DNA from: Candidatus Woesearchaeota archaeon
Lineage (GTDB): Archaea; Nanobdellota; Nanobdellia; Woesearchaeales; WJIZ01
DNA: 64,000 nucleotides
Assembly (NCBI GenBank): GCA_018303125.1
Contig: JAGVYS010000001.1
Location: 5,886 to 69,885 of the forward strand
Direction of reading: 5' to 3'
In this document: positions 46,799 through 56,700 of the stretch, in pieces
Layout: the number at the start of each line of letters is the position of its first letter
Position numbering within the stretch: position 1 is the stretch's first letter
Program-made: the position numbers and the translations under genes
The notes under the pieces: model-generated
Told to the model about the DNA's origin: nothing
Seen by the model: the letters and a program-made list of their open reading frames with translations, nothing else
The model's database searches: none

Positions 46799-47650
46799 TT
46801 ACAGGCTGCTAAAATGCATTCCCTTGAATTCCTTATCCATCATTTCCTTTGCTTTCTTTGTCAGGCTTCCTTTTGAAATGAAAAGGACGGGTAACCTTCT
46901 TGACTGCCCTTCTATGAATGCTGAGCTTATGTCACCATCATTGATTGTTTTTTTCCCCTTGGCTTTTGCAAAGTATCTCAGGTTTCCAACACCCGTCGGG
47001 ACTTCTATAATAAACTCAAGTTCAGATTTTTTTGATTTGATTGTTTCCAGTACAATTATGCTCTTCCTTGAGAAGTAATCGCTTACTTCCTTGTAAAGGT
47101 CTGACTTTGCGTTTTTCTCTTCTTTTCTTACTTCATTGTAAAGTTCTGGCTCTACACTTTTCTCTTCTTTCTTTTCCTGCTTTTCAATTGTCTTTTCTAT
47201 CTGTTTATTTTCAATTCCTGATTTGAGTATATTTGAAACTTCCTCGTTAGTCGATAGGTACCATTTCCAGAACAATTCTTTGTTTCCCTTTATTTCAATA
47301 AGAAGAGGGAAAGCAAAATCCTTGATTGCTCTTATAGCTGCCCTAAAAACAGGGACAAGCGTAGAGTCCTTTAAGATTTTCTTCTCTTTAAGGAGTTCGT
47401 AAACTTTCTTTTCTTTTTCTCCAAGATTGTCAGCAAATTTTTGGAGGTGCTGTTCCTGGCCAGGAAGATAATATAGCGGAGAGCCGCCGCCTACCTTTAT
47501 ATTAGATATCTTTAGCTTTCCTAGCTCCTTTAGTTCAGAAAGATATGCAGAAACAAAGAGGCTGTTCTGGCCAAAACTAGAAGCCATTACGTTAGGGAGA
47601 GATGGCCCATTCTGGCTGATGTAGGACAAAATAGCATCTTTCATTTTCAT
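46799..47650 (-). CDS. Hypothetical protein with tandem winged-helix-like N-terminus, K/E-rich linker and alpha/beta C-terminal domain
   Basis: Translation only; no family recognised; abuts fen with a 1-nt gap. Confidence 0.35.
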   Translation of the reverse strand: MKMKDAILSYISQNGPSLPNVMASSFGQNSLFVSAYLSELKELGKLKISNIKVGGGSPLYYLPGQEQHLQKFADNLGEKEKKVYELLKEKKILKDSTLVPVFRAAIRAIKDFAFPLLIEIKGNKELFWKWYLSTNEEVSNILKSGIENKQIEKTIEKQEKKEEKSVEPELYNEVRKEEKNAKSDLYKEVSDYFSRKSIIVLETIKSKKSELEFIIEVPTGVGNLRYFAKAKGKKTINDGDISSAFIEGQSRRLPVLFISKGSLTKKAKEMMDKEFKGMHFSSL

Positions 47651-47784
47651 TATGGATAATGCTACCCAGATTTATATAGTTTGTGAAGACTTTTTCTGTT
47701 AATGTTTGAGTACAATTTTCAATAAGGCTAGGTATATTCACTCATTCATTTGAATATACGTGTCTACTCCTACTTATTGCTTCG

Positions 47785-48156
47785 CTACCTTCTTGGCATC
47801 CATCCTATCATTGCATCGATAAATATGCAAAAAGGAATGAGTGCCCAGCCATAGGCATAAGCCATGGAGGTAATCAATCCGCAAAGGTCTCCTTCGCGCC
47901 CAAGCGAAAAGCATTGTGCATCATTTGAGTACGCGAGAATAATCAAAAGAAGATAAAGAACTCCTCCGCTAATTGCTCCCCATCTTCTGGAGCGATTGCA
48001 GATTATAAGAAGCATTCCTGTTGCTACAACAGCTGCAAAGAAGTTGATTAGGAATCTAATCTCTTGAAAGACTCCTAAAAACCATAAGGCTAGAAATATA
48101 GACGATAAAACAAGCTGGAATTCAAACTGGCCTTTCTTTCCATCCCATGATTCCAC
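47785..48156 (-). CDS. Small integral membrane protein (hypothetical, 3-4 TM)
   Basis: Hydrophobic helices only. Confidence 0.4.
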   Translation of the reverse strand: MESWDGKKGQFEFQLVLSSIFLALWFLGVFQEIRFLINFFAAVVATGMLLIICNRSRRWGAISGGVLYLLLIILAYSNDAQCFSLGREGDLCGLITSMAYAYGWALIPFCIFIDAMIGWMPRR

Positions 48157-48208
48157 GCTCTTTAATATCTGTTGAAGCTAAGTTCTTACTGCCTATGTTA
48201 AGTCGCTA

Positions 48209-48793
48209 TTACGGCCTCAGCCACCTTATCTCCCAATATGTGACATCCCCTTCTTCATCCACGCAGCCTATAAGCAGGCGCTTTCTTGTGGAATGTGCTA
48301 CCCTGTTTTTTGCTGAGAATTCGTGCCACGTTAGCGAAGATGTCTCGTGAACAGGAAACACAACCCATTTTGCGTGGTCCTCCCCTGGCTTTACGCCCCT
48401 GTCATATACTCTAAAATCTGCGCCGAATTTCATTGCTGTCTTGACAATATACCCTCTATTCCTCAGGTCCTTAAAGATGCTATACCTTACATAAAAATTA
48501 GGCTCAAGTGCCTCTGCCTTCTTCATGAATTTTTCAGTGGGTATCTCTTTTTGTTTGCTGTCAAATAGCTGTATCTTTCCCTTTTCGAGAAGATACATTG
48601 TTTCGATAAGTGAAATTTGTAGCTTTGAGTCTTCAAGAATTGTCCCGAATCTGCTTTGGTCATACAGGAGCCTTGCCTCATTTGAGTCTTCAAGTATGGT
48701 CCTTTCCTTCAGGAAAAGTGCCTTAATCTTCTCTTCTTCTTTTTTGTCTGTCATTCCGTTGAAAAAAGCGCCCTGTTTTAAAAACATTCCCAT
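48209..48793 (-). CDS. endA: tRNA-splicing endonuclease catalytic subunit
   Basis: YLLEKGKI and C-terminal catalytic domain (AYRDLRNRGY..., GADFRVYDRG, HAKWVV). Confidence 0.8.
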   Translation of the reverse strand: MGMFLKQGAFFNGMTDKKEEEKIKALFLKERTILEDSNEARLLYDQSRFGTILEDSKLQISLIETMYLLEKGKIQLFDSKQKEIPTEKFMKKAEALEPNFYVRYSIFKDLRNRGYIVKTAMKFGADFRVYDRGVKPGEDHAKWVVFPVHETSSLTWHEFSAKNRVAHSTRKRLLIGCVDEEGDVTYWEIRWLRP

Positions 48794-48840
48794 GCTGCAC
48801 GAGGATAAATTTATATAAACATATAGAAATTAGGTGCACC

Positions 48841-49737
48841 ATGATAGAAGTTGTTTTTCTTGGTACATCTTCTATGGTACCGACAAAGGAGAGGAACCAA
48901 ACAGGTCTTTTGATTAGCTACGGCTCCTGTGGGATTTTAGTGGATTGTGGAGAAGGTACACAAAGGCAGTTGAAGCTTGCCAATATTTCAATTACTAAAA
49001 TAGACAAGATACTCATAACTCATTGGCATAGTGACCATGTTCTTGGATTGCCTGGCCTTATACAGTCCCTTGGGGCGTCTGAATACGGCAAAACACTTGA
49101 AATCTACGGTCCAGAAGGCACAAAGAGCCATATAGAATATATGTTCAAGGCATTTGTTTTTGACAGGCGTATAAACATGAAGATAACGGAGATAGGCCAG
49201 AGCAAGTTTTTTGATGGAAGGGATTTTTATCTGGAGAGTTACCTGCTTGAGCACGGCATTACTACACTTGGGTATAATTTCGTTGAGAAAGACAAAAGAA
49301 AAGTCGTTATGTCAAAGATAGATAAATTTGGCTTGCCAAGCGGCCCATTGGTAGGAGATCTCCAGAATGGAAAGGATATTGTCTTCAAGGGTAAAAAGAT
49401 AAGGAGCGACGAAGTCACTAATAGTGTAGCTGGAAAAAAGATAAGCATAATATCAGATACACTGCTCTGCAAAAATTGTTACGAGATGTCAAAGAATGCT
49501 GATTTGCTAATATCAGAGTCAACATACTCTTCGAACCTTGAGGAAAAGAGCGAAAGCTATAACCATATGACATCAAAGCAGGCTGCCCTAATTGCCAGTA
49601 AATCCGATGTCAAAAAGCTAATACTCACTCATTTTAGTGCAAGATACAAGTCAACTCTGGAGCTAAATGAAGATGCTAGGAACTACTTTGAAAACACAGA
49701 GTGTGCATTTGACCTGATGAGAATAAAGCTCAAATGA
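48841..49737 (+). CDS. rnz: Ribonuclease Z (tRNA 3' processing)
   Basis: Metallo-beta-lactamase HxHxDH (THWHSDHVLG) and tRNase Z length. Confidence 0.85.
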   Translation: MIEVVFLGTSSMVPTKERNQTGLLISYGSCGILVDCGEGTQRQLKLANISITKIDKILITHWHSDHVLGLPGLIQSLGASEYGKTLEIYGPEGTKSHIEYMFKAFVFDRRINMKITEIGQSKFFDGRDFYLESYLLEHGITTLGYNFVEKDKRKVVMSKIDKFGLPSGPLVGDLQNGKDIVFKGKKIRSDEVTNSVAGKKISIISDTLLCKNCYEMSKNADLLISESTYSSNLEEKSESYNHMTSKQAALIASKSDVKKLILTHFSARYKSTLELNEDARNYFENTECAFDLMRIKLK

Positions 49738-50123
49738 GCAGGAAAAGCAAGGGAATAAATGGCGAAAGGGAGATAATAAAATTCTTCAACCAGACAGGAA
49801 AATGGTGTGCGTGCAGGGTTGCGGGTTCTGGTTCATCTCGATATCTCTCCCCGGACATTATAGCAGGAAATATATTGAGAAAGCTTGCAATAGAGTGCAA
49901 GACAACAAAGGAAAGGACAAAATACATTGAGAAGGCAGATGTAGAGCAGCTTCTTAATTTCTCATCTATTTTTGGAGCAGAGCCATGGCTTGCTGTTCGT
50001 TTTGACAGAATTGGATGGTATTTCCTACCTCCTTCAGATATAGAAAGAAGTGGTGAATGCTATGTGGTTAGAGAGGAAACTGTAAGGCATACTGGGATTA
50101 TTTTTGATGAATTGATAAAATAA
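49734..50123 (+). CDS. hjc: Holliday junction resolvase Hjc
   Basis: GxxGEREI...CACRVAGSGSS...PDIIAG...IECKTTK matches the archaeal Hjc PD-(D/E)xK signature. Confidence 0.8.
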   Translation: MSRKSKGINGEREIIKFFNQTGKWCACRVAGSGSSRYLSPDIIAGNILRKLAIECKTTKERTKYIEKADVEQLLNFSSIFGAEPWLAVRFDRIGWYFLPPSDIERSGECYVVREETVRHTGIIFDELIK

Positions 50124-50125
50124 AA

Positions 50126-50335
50126 TTATTTCTTTCTCTTAGATAGTTCCTTTTCTATCTTTGTTTCTTCCTTCATGAGCCTATCAACAACTCGCTCTAT
50201 GTGCATCTCTATCCTTGCAATCCTGCGCTCCATTGAAACAAGCACCCTTAAAGAATAGACTATTGCCGCTAAAGTTCCCACAATAATTGCAAGAATTACA
50301 TCCAATTTATCAAGGCCCACTTCTCCTAATGCCAT
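50126..50335 (-). CDS. Small single-TM protein with charged coiled-coil C-terminus (hypothetical)
   Basis: 69 aa; TM (ILAIIVGTLAAIVYSL) then ERRIARIEMHIERVVDRLMKEE. Confidence 0.3.
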   Translation of the reverse strand: MALGEVGLDKLDVILAIIVGTLAAIVYSLRVLVSMERRIARIEMHIERVVDRLMKEETKIEKELSKRKK

Positions 50336-50420
50336 ATGACAACACCTCTTTGCAATAATATTCTAAGACGACCTATTTAAATCTTTGCATAAGTCTGTAA
50401 AGTAAACTTCAAGGCAAATA

Positions 50421-51233
50421 TCAGTTAAGCTTGCCGGATAATGGCTGCATGCTATTCCACTTTGTCTCGAATGCTTCTGCAAACGCCTTTGAGAAGAATG
50501 GTGAATTTATCCATATCCCCATATCGTAATTCTGGTGCACCACAGAATCATGCTGTAGCATAAATGTCACTTCAGAATTGTCTATTATGCAAAATCTGCC
50601 CTCAAAATTGCTTTGGCGGATTTCAGAGTACTGGGACAACTGATCTACTATCACCCGTGCCTCCTTCAGGTTATGTGTGGCTATTCTTACTGAAACACCT
50701 TTCTTCCTGAGCTTCTTGAACAATGGCAACAAAAACTCTGCTTTCTTCATAAGCCCCGATGGTGTTGCAAGGATTACGACAGATGAAGAAGCCTTTGAAA
50801 CTCTTGATTCGAGATGATTGTATATGTTTCCCCTGCCAGTTATGACTCCTGTTAGCTCATCTGGCTCAATAAGGTCTGTGCCTTTTGAATGCAGCAAAGA
50901 TAACTCTTCAAGCAGTTCGCTCTCCTTCAGGTTCTCTATTGTCATAAGGTGCTTCTCTGCATCGCTTTTCACCCTTAGCTTTACTCTATCAAGAACCTCT
51001 TCAGGTGGAACAGCTATGTACTTTATCGGCTTGCCGAGCTTCCTTAGGATAAACCCTTTTCTCTCAAGGCTCTCTAAGACATCATATGCTCTTGATCTAG
51101 GCACATTCGCCATATCAGAAAGCTCTCCTGCTGTTGATGACCCTCTTGAGAGCAAAGCTGCCCATAGCTTGGACTCATAGCTATTCAGGCCAAATTCTCT
51201 TAATTTTGACAAAAAGTTTTCTTGGACTATCAT
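50421..51233 (-). CDS. TrmB-family transcriptional regulator (paralog 2), divergent from cimA
   Basis: About 55% identical to the TrmB-like gene at 23354-24163 along its whole length. Confidence 0.75.
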   Translation of the reverse strand: MIVQENFLSKLREFGLNSYESKLWAALLSRGSSTAGELSDMANVPRSRAYDVLESLERKGFILRKLGKPIKYIAVPPEEVLDRVKLRVKSDAEKHLMTIENLKESELLEELSLLHSKGTDLIEPDELTGVITGRGNIYNHLESRVSKASSSVVILATPSGLMKKAEFLLPLFKKLRKKGVSVRIATHNLKEARVIVDQLSQYSEIRQSNFEGRFCIIDNSEVTFMLQHDSVVHQNYDMGIWINSPFFSKAFAEAFETKWNSMQPLSGKLN

Positions 51234-51434
51234 GATGGATGCTTAAGACAGGAAGCAAAATTTGTTTATAAAGCTTTTCATTTTTGCTACTATAAAATAG
51301 TAAACTTTTCACATTTTCTGACAAGAGAAGTTTATCCGAAAGTATTATATATATTATTGCATCTTAAGACGACATGGCAGTAGATTATATGTCAACAAGC
51401 AAATTTTCAGGAATTTCAATCATTATATCGTAGA

Positions 51435-51458
51435 GCTATAGCGAGCTTCTGCTATAGC
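51435..51458. promoter_or_regulatory. Two copies of the self-palindromic octamer GCTATAGC spaced by 8 nt, just downstream of a TATA-like CATTATAT and ~30-50 nt upstream of the cimA ATG
   Basis: Read directly from the sequence; candidate operator. Confidence 0.3.
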
Positions 51459-51486
51459 ATAAAAATGACCTAGAAGGAAAACTAAA

Positions 51487-53034
51487 ATGCAAAAAATCAG
51501 AATTTTGGACACAACATTGAGAGATGGCACTCAAGGTACAGACATAAGCCTTACTGTCAGGGATAAAGTTGAATTGGTTAAAGCGTTCGACAATTTCGGT
51601 ATAGATTACATAGAACTTGGTTGGCCATGGTCCAACAAGAAAGAAGTGGAGGCTTTCAGGGAAGCGGGAGCTTTAAAGTTGAAGCAGGCTAAGATTGTTG
51701 CTTTCGGTTCCACAAAAAGGATAGGAATAGATGCTAAAGATGACAAAAATCTCCTGGCCATCGTGGAGAGTAAGGCAGCCGTAGCATGCATATTTGGAAA
51801 GACATGGATAGAGCACATAAAGAAGCAGCTTAAGACAACAGAAGAAGAGAACCTTAAAGCAATAGAGGATAGTATAAAGTTCCTTAAGTCAAGAAATCTG
51901 GAAGTGATGTATGATGCAGAACACTATTTTGACGGATTCAAGGACAATAGCAAATATGCTCTGAAAACTCTTGAATGTGCAGTAAACGCTGGGGCCGATT
52001 CCGTTGTATTGTGCGATACAAACGGAGGTACCCTTGTAGATGAACTTGGAAAAATAACTGAAGAAACTGTAAAGTTCCTTAAGGGAAAAAAAGTTGAGAT
52101 AGGCATACACTGCCACAATGATTCTGGCCTTGCTGTCGCTAACACAGTTGAGGCTGTTGTAAAAGGATGTACGCTTATACATGGAACCATCAATGGGATA
52201 GGTGAAAGGACAGGAAACGTTGACTTATGCCAGGTCTTGCCTATACTTGCCATAAAGAAAAATATGCCCTTGCCGCAGCTAAAGCTCAAGGATATAAAGA
52301 AAGTATCAGAGCTGGTTAATACGCTCACTAATAAGAAGCCAAACAATTACCAGCCTTTTGTGGGCAGGTTTGCATTCTCGCATAAGGGAGGGGTGCATGT
52401 TGATGCCATGATGAAGGGTGCAAGCTATGAGCACATAAATCCTGCATTAGTCGGCAACGCTACCCATACTATACTTTCTGAACTCTCAGGAAAGGCCAAT
52501 GTTGTTGGTGTCCTTAAGGAGTTCGGGATACTGGTGGAGAAGGATGATGATAAGGCTATAGCCATGCTGAATAAAGTTGAGGAAATGGAAAGAAAAGGAT
52601 ATGATATAGGCCAACTTGATGCTGAAAAATTTCTTCTGAAAGAAGATTTCTTTGGCAAGGAAAGATTCAAGATACTTTCCTGGAGTTCTGTAAGTGAGCA
52701 AAATAACGGCGAGAGGTCTGAATGTTCTTTGGTGGGTAAAGTTAACGGAAAGAAGAGAGAGGCTCTTGCAAAAGTTGAAGGCGGTCCTGTAGATGCCATG
52801 TTCCATGCAGTAATAAAGCTTCTTGCCGATAATTACAAAGATGTAAAAAAAGTAAGGCTCTTGAACTATAAGGTAAGGATAGCTGAAGACAAGGGAGCAG
52901 AAAGCTCTGTAAGGGTATATATTGAGTTCAGTGGTGATGGTAAGGAATGGGGAACTGTGGGGGTTTCAACCAACATACTGGAGGCAAGTATAGAAGCGCT
53001 CTACAAGGGTTTTAGGTACTTTATCTCTAGTTAG
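51487..53034 (+). CDS. cimA: (R)-citramalate synthase / LeuA-family (Geobacter CimA-type, DRE-TIM) with C-terminal LeuA-dimer regulatory domain
   Basis: TLRDGTQ (T in place of E) and GWPWSN match the CimA-type clade rather than canonical LeuA (RDGEQ/GFPASS). Confidence 0.65.
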   Translation: MQKIRILDTTLRDGTQGTDISLTVRDKVELVKAFDNFGIDYIELGWPWSNKKEVEAFREAGALKLKQAKIVAFGSTKRIGIDAKDDKNLLAIVESKAAVACIFGKTWIEHIKKQLKTTEEENLKAIEDSIKFLKSRNLEVMYDAEHYFDGFKDNSKYALKTLECAVNAGADSVVLCDTNGGTLVDELGKITEETVKFLKGKKVEIGIHCHNDSGLAVANTVEAVVKGCTLIHGTINGIGERTGNVDLCQVLPILAIKKNMPLPQLKLKDIKKVSELVNTLTNKKPNNYQPFVGRFAFSHKGGVHVDAMMKGASYEHINPALVGNATHTILSELSGKANVVGVLKEFGILVEKDDDKAIAMLNKVEEMERKGYDIGQLDAEKFLLKEDFFGKERFKILSWSSVSEQNNGERSECSLVGKVNGKKREALAKVEGGPVDAMFHAVIKLLADNYKDVKKVRLLNYKVRIAEDKGAESSVRVYIEFSGDGKEWGTVGVSTNILEASIEALYKGFRYFISS

Positions 53035-53172
53035 TTTCTGTCAAGAAAGTTCCATAGGAAATAAGGGGTTTATAGTATGCAAAATAGCTGTTTATAAATA
53101 GGAGTATTTAAATACCCTGAAGCGTTTATAAACAAGAATACACAATTTCACAATTCGTTGGGGGGATAAAAA

Positions 53173-53742
53173 GTGATAAAAAAGAAGGTAAAGTCCAAAA
53201 AGGAAGAGAAGAAGGAAATAAAGATAGTAAACATAGTAGTGTCTACATCGCTTGAGCATGACATCCCGCTTGAAAAGATGGCTGCGACTTTGTCAAATAC
53301 AGAATACAATCCTGAGCAGTTCCCTGGCCTAGTCATAAGGATTAAGGAGCCAAAAACATCTGCCCTTATATTCAGTTCTGGTAAAGTTGTTTGCACAGGG
53401 GCAAGGACAATGAAGGAAGTGGAAGAGTCCTTAAGAAAAATCATAAAGAGCCTTGAGAAGATAAACATAAAGATAACCGTCAAGCCTGAGCTTAACATAC
53501 AAAACATAGTTGCTTCAGGAAGCGTTGGCATGGTCCTCAACCTAAACACCTTGGCAATGAAGCTGGAAAACACAGAGTATGAGCCTGAACAGTTCCCTGG
53601 CCTTGTCTACAAGCTTAGGGAAGCAAAGGCAACGTTCCTGCTTTTCAGCAATGGCAAGATTGTTTGCACAGGAACCAAGAGTGAGGAAGAGGTTTCTCAG
53701 GCAGTGGACATGCTCATTGTCAACCTAAAGAAAGTCAAATAA
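53173..53742 (+). CDS. tbp: TATA-box binding protein, GTG start
   Basis: Two direct TBP repeats (EYNPEQFPGLVIR...ALIFSSGKVVCTGA / EYEPEQFPGLVYK...FLLFSNGKIVCTGT); GGGGGG Shine-Dalgarno before the GTG. Confidence 0.9.
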   Translation: MIKKKVKSKKEEKKEIKIVNIVVSTSLEHDIPLEKMAATLSNTEYNPEQFPGLVIRIKEPKTSALIFSSGKVVCTGARTMKEVEESLRKIIKSLEKINIKITVKPELNIQNIVASGSVGMVLNLNTLAMKLENTEYEPEQFPGLVYKLREAKATFLLFSNGKIVCTGTKSEEEVSQAVDMLIVNLKKVK

Positions 53743-53783
53743 TTTTTTCCTGTTAAGAAGATAGAAGGGGGAGCTATCTTGAA

Positions 53784-56700
53784 ATGGACGTCACTGAGCA
53801 GATAAGGAGATTTACGGAATTTATAGATAGTTTTTGCAAGGAGCAGATACTTGCAAGGATAAAAAAAGACGAAAAGTTCCTTAACCTAGATTTTGTGGAA
53901 CTGATAAGGTTCGAGCCTGAGCTTGCTGATATAATTCTTGAGCAGCCTGAAGAGGCAATCAAGGCCGCTGAAACTGCTGTAGGGCATTTTGATACTCTTG
54001 GTGATGTTTCAAAATTCAAAGCAAGATTTTGCAATGTTTCGTTAAGCCATAAGGTAGTTATCAGGAATATCAGAAGCAAGATGCTGGATAAATTCCTCCT
54101 TTTGGAAGGAGTGGTAAGGCAGAAATCAGATGTAAGGCCGCAAGTAATTTTGGCGAAGTTTGAGTGCCCAGGCTGCGGCAACATACTCTCTGTCTTGCAG
54201 TTGGAGTCAAAATTCAGGGAGCCAACTAGATGCGGCTGTGGTAGAAAGGGAAAATTTAGGCCTATTGATAAGGAGATGGTTGATGCACAAGGTATAGTTC
54301 TAGAGGAATCTGCTGATGACCTTGAAGGGGGAGAGCAACCAAAGAGGATAAATCTCCTGCTTAAGAATGACCTAGTAAGTCCAATGTCAGAAAAAAAAAC
54401 TAATCCTGGAAGCAGGATAAGGGTAGGGGGCATACTGAAGGAAGTGCCCATTCTTGCCAAGGACGGAGGGAAGCTTACAAGGTTTGATGTCATGATTGAT
54501 GTAAATTACGTAGAAAGCATTGATGAGGATTTTTCCAGCATAGAAATATCCGATCATGAATCAAATGAAATACTGAAGATTTCAAGAGACCCCCACCTTA
54601 GAGAGAAGCTCATCAATTCCGTTGTGCCGTCTATTTACGGCCATGAGAGAATAAAAGAAGCTGTTCTTTTGCTAATGGCAGGAGGTGTAAGGAAAACAAG
54701 GGACGATGGTTCTGTGACAAGGGGAGACATCCACATACTCCTTATAGGAGACCCTGGCGCTGGCAAATGCGTTGCAGGAAATACAAAAATAATGCTCCAG
54801 AACGGAGAGATTGTAAGAATAGATGATTTCTCTGAAAGGGCTGGCATAATTGAGGAAAGCAAAAAAATAGAAGCTACTCTGTTGCCAACTCTTTTCTATA
54901 ATGGGAAAATGAACACAGGAAAGGCTGTCAGGGTATGGAAAAGACAATGCAATGAAAAACTAATAAAGATTATTACACGCTCAGGAAAGGAGCTTAACGT
55001 TACACAAGACCATCCCTTATTTACTGTTGACTCTGGCTTCATTATATCAAAAAAGGCAAGAGATTTCTCTATTGGGGAAAGAATTGCCGCCCCCAGAATG
55101 ATTGAAATATCCGGTGAGATACAGATACTTTCTGGGTTTGTTTATAAAAAATACTCCAATAACTTAAAGAAATTATCTTATCCTGTGGTTCTTGATAAGA
55201 AACTTGCAAGGTTCCTGGGATACCTATGTGGTGATGGCTACATATCGTATTCAAAAACAAGCGGATATGCCTCTATAACAAATAATGATACATATGTACT
55301 AAAGGATTTTTCGACGCTTTTACAACTTCTTTTCAGGGCAGAGGCCAGATTTAGGCAGCCGAATAAATCAAAATCATGCTGTGAAGTGGCTTCGTATGGA
55401 AAATCCCTTGTTGATTTTGTGAAATTTTACTTTGTAAGCCTGGTAAATCTGGCAGCAAAAAAAGACATCCCTGAGAAGGTACTGCGCTCACCTGATGACG
55501 TCCTTGCAGAATTCATCAAAGGGTTGTTTGAGTGCGACAGTCATGTAAATATAAAAAAGAGGCAGATAGAGTTTTCAAGCATAAGCAAATCTCTTGCTGA
55601 AAATCTCCAGATGTGCCTTTTGCGCTTTGGGGTAGTTTCATTCTTTAAAACAAAGGAGAAGTACGCAACAAATTCCAAAGATAAGAGAAAAGTAAAAAGC
55701 TATGAGATAGTCATCGGAGGCATATTTGCATCTGACTATGTCAAAAAAATAGGCTATATATCTGAAAAAAAGAGAAAACAGGGAGAAATATTGCTAGAAA
55801 AAATAACTTATTTCAATACCAATGTTGACTTAATCCCTAACATCAACTCATTGCTTAAGTGCATAAGAAGGGAACATGCACTTTATCAGAGAGGTATGGG
55901 TGTTTCTAGGTCTTGCTTTGCTCATCTTGACCATGGCGATAGGTTACCAAGTGTTGAAACTGCCAGGAAGATTGTCAGACACCTAAAGTTAAATGGTTAC
56001 AAGTCAACTTTAATCAGCCTATTAGAAGAGATTGCCAATGCAGAAATATTCTGGGATGAAATAACAAGTATAATTGAAACACCAGATGAAAGCAATTACG
56101 TATATGACCTTGAAGTAGAAGGAACACATAATTATGTTGCTAACGGTATAGTTATCCACAACTCTCAAATCCTTAAGCGCGTATCAAAGATTGCTCCGAA
56201 AGGCAGGTTTGTCTCGGGTAAGGGCGTTTCTGGAGCAGGCCTTACTGCTTCAGTAGTCAAAGACGAGTTCCTTTCCGGCTGGAGCCTTGAAGCAGGAGCC
56301 CTTGTCCTGGGTAACAAAGGAGTGGTTTGTGTGGATGAGCTTGACAAGATGAACAGTGAAGACAGGGATGCCATGCATGAGGCCCTTGAAGGACAGCAAG
56401 TTACAATAGCCAAAGCAAATATACAGGCCACCTTAAGGGCGGAAACAACTATGCTTGCTGCTGCTAACCCAAAATTCGGAAGATTCGACCCATATGAAGT
56501 TATACCCAAGCAGATTGACCTTCCTTCAACTCTCATAAACAGATTCGACCTGATTTTCCCTGTGAGGGATTTGCCAAGCGGAGACAAGGACGAGAAGCTG
56601 GCGAGCTTCGTTCTCAACCTGCACCAGAGTCCGAATATGGTCTCCCCCGATATAGATTCGGTTCTCCTGAGAAAGTATTTCGTCTATGCCAGGCAAAAGA

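Noticed and set aside
53774-54493. 239-aa minus-strand ORF opposite the MCM N-terminus
   Set aside because: Antisense shadow; the MCM frame carries the zinc finger and AAA motifs.
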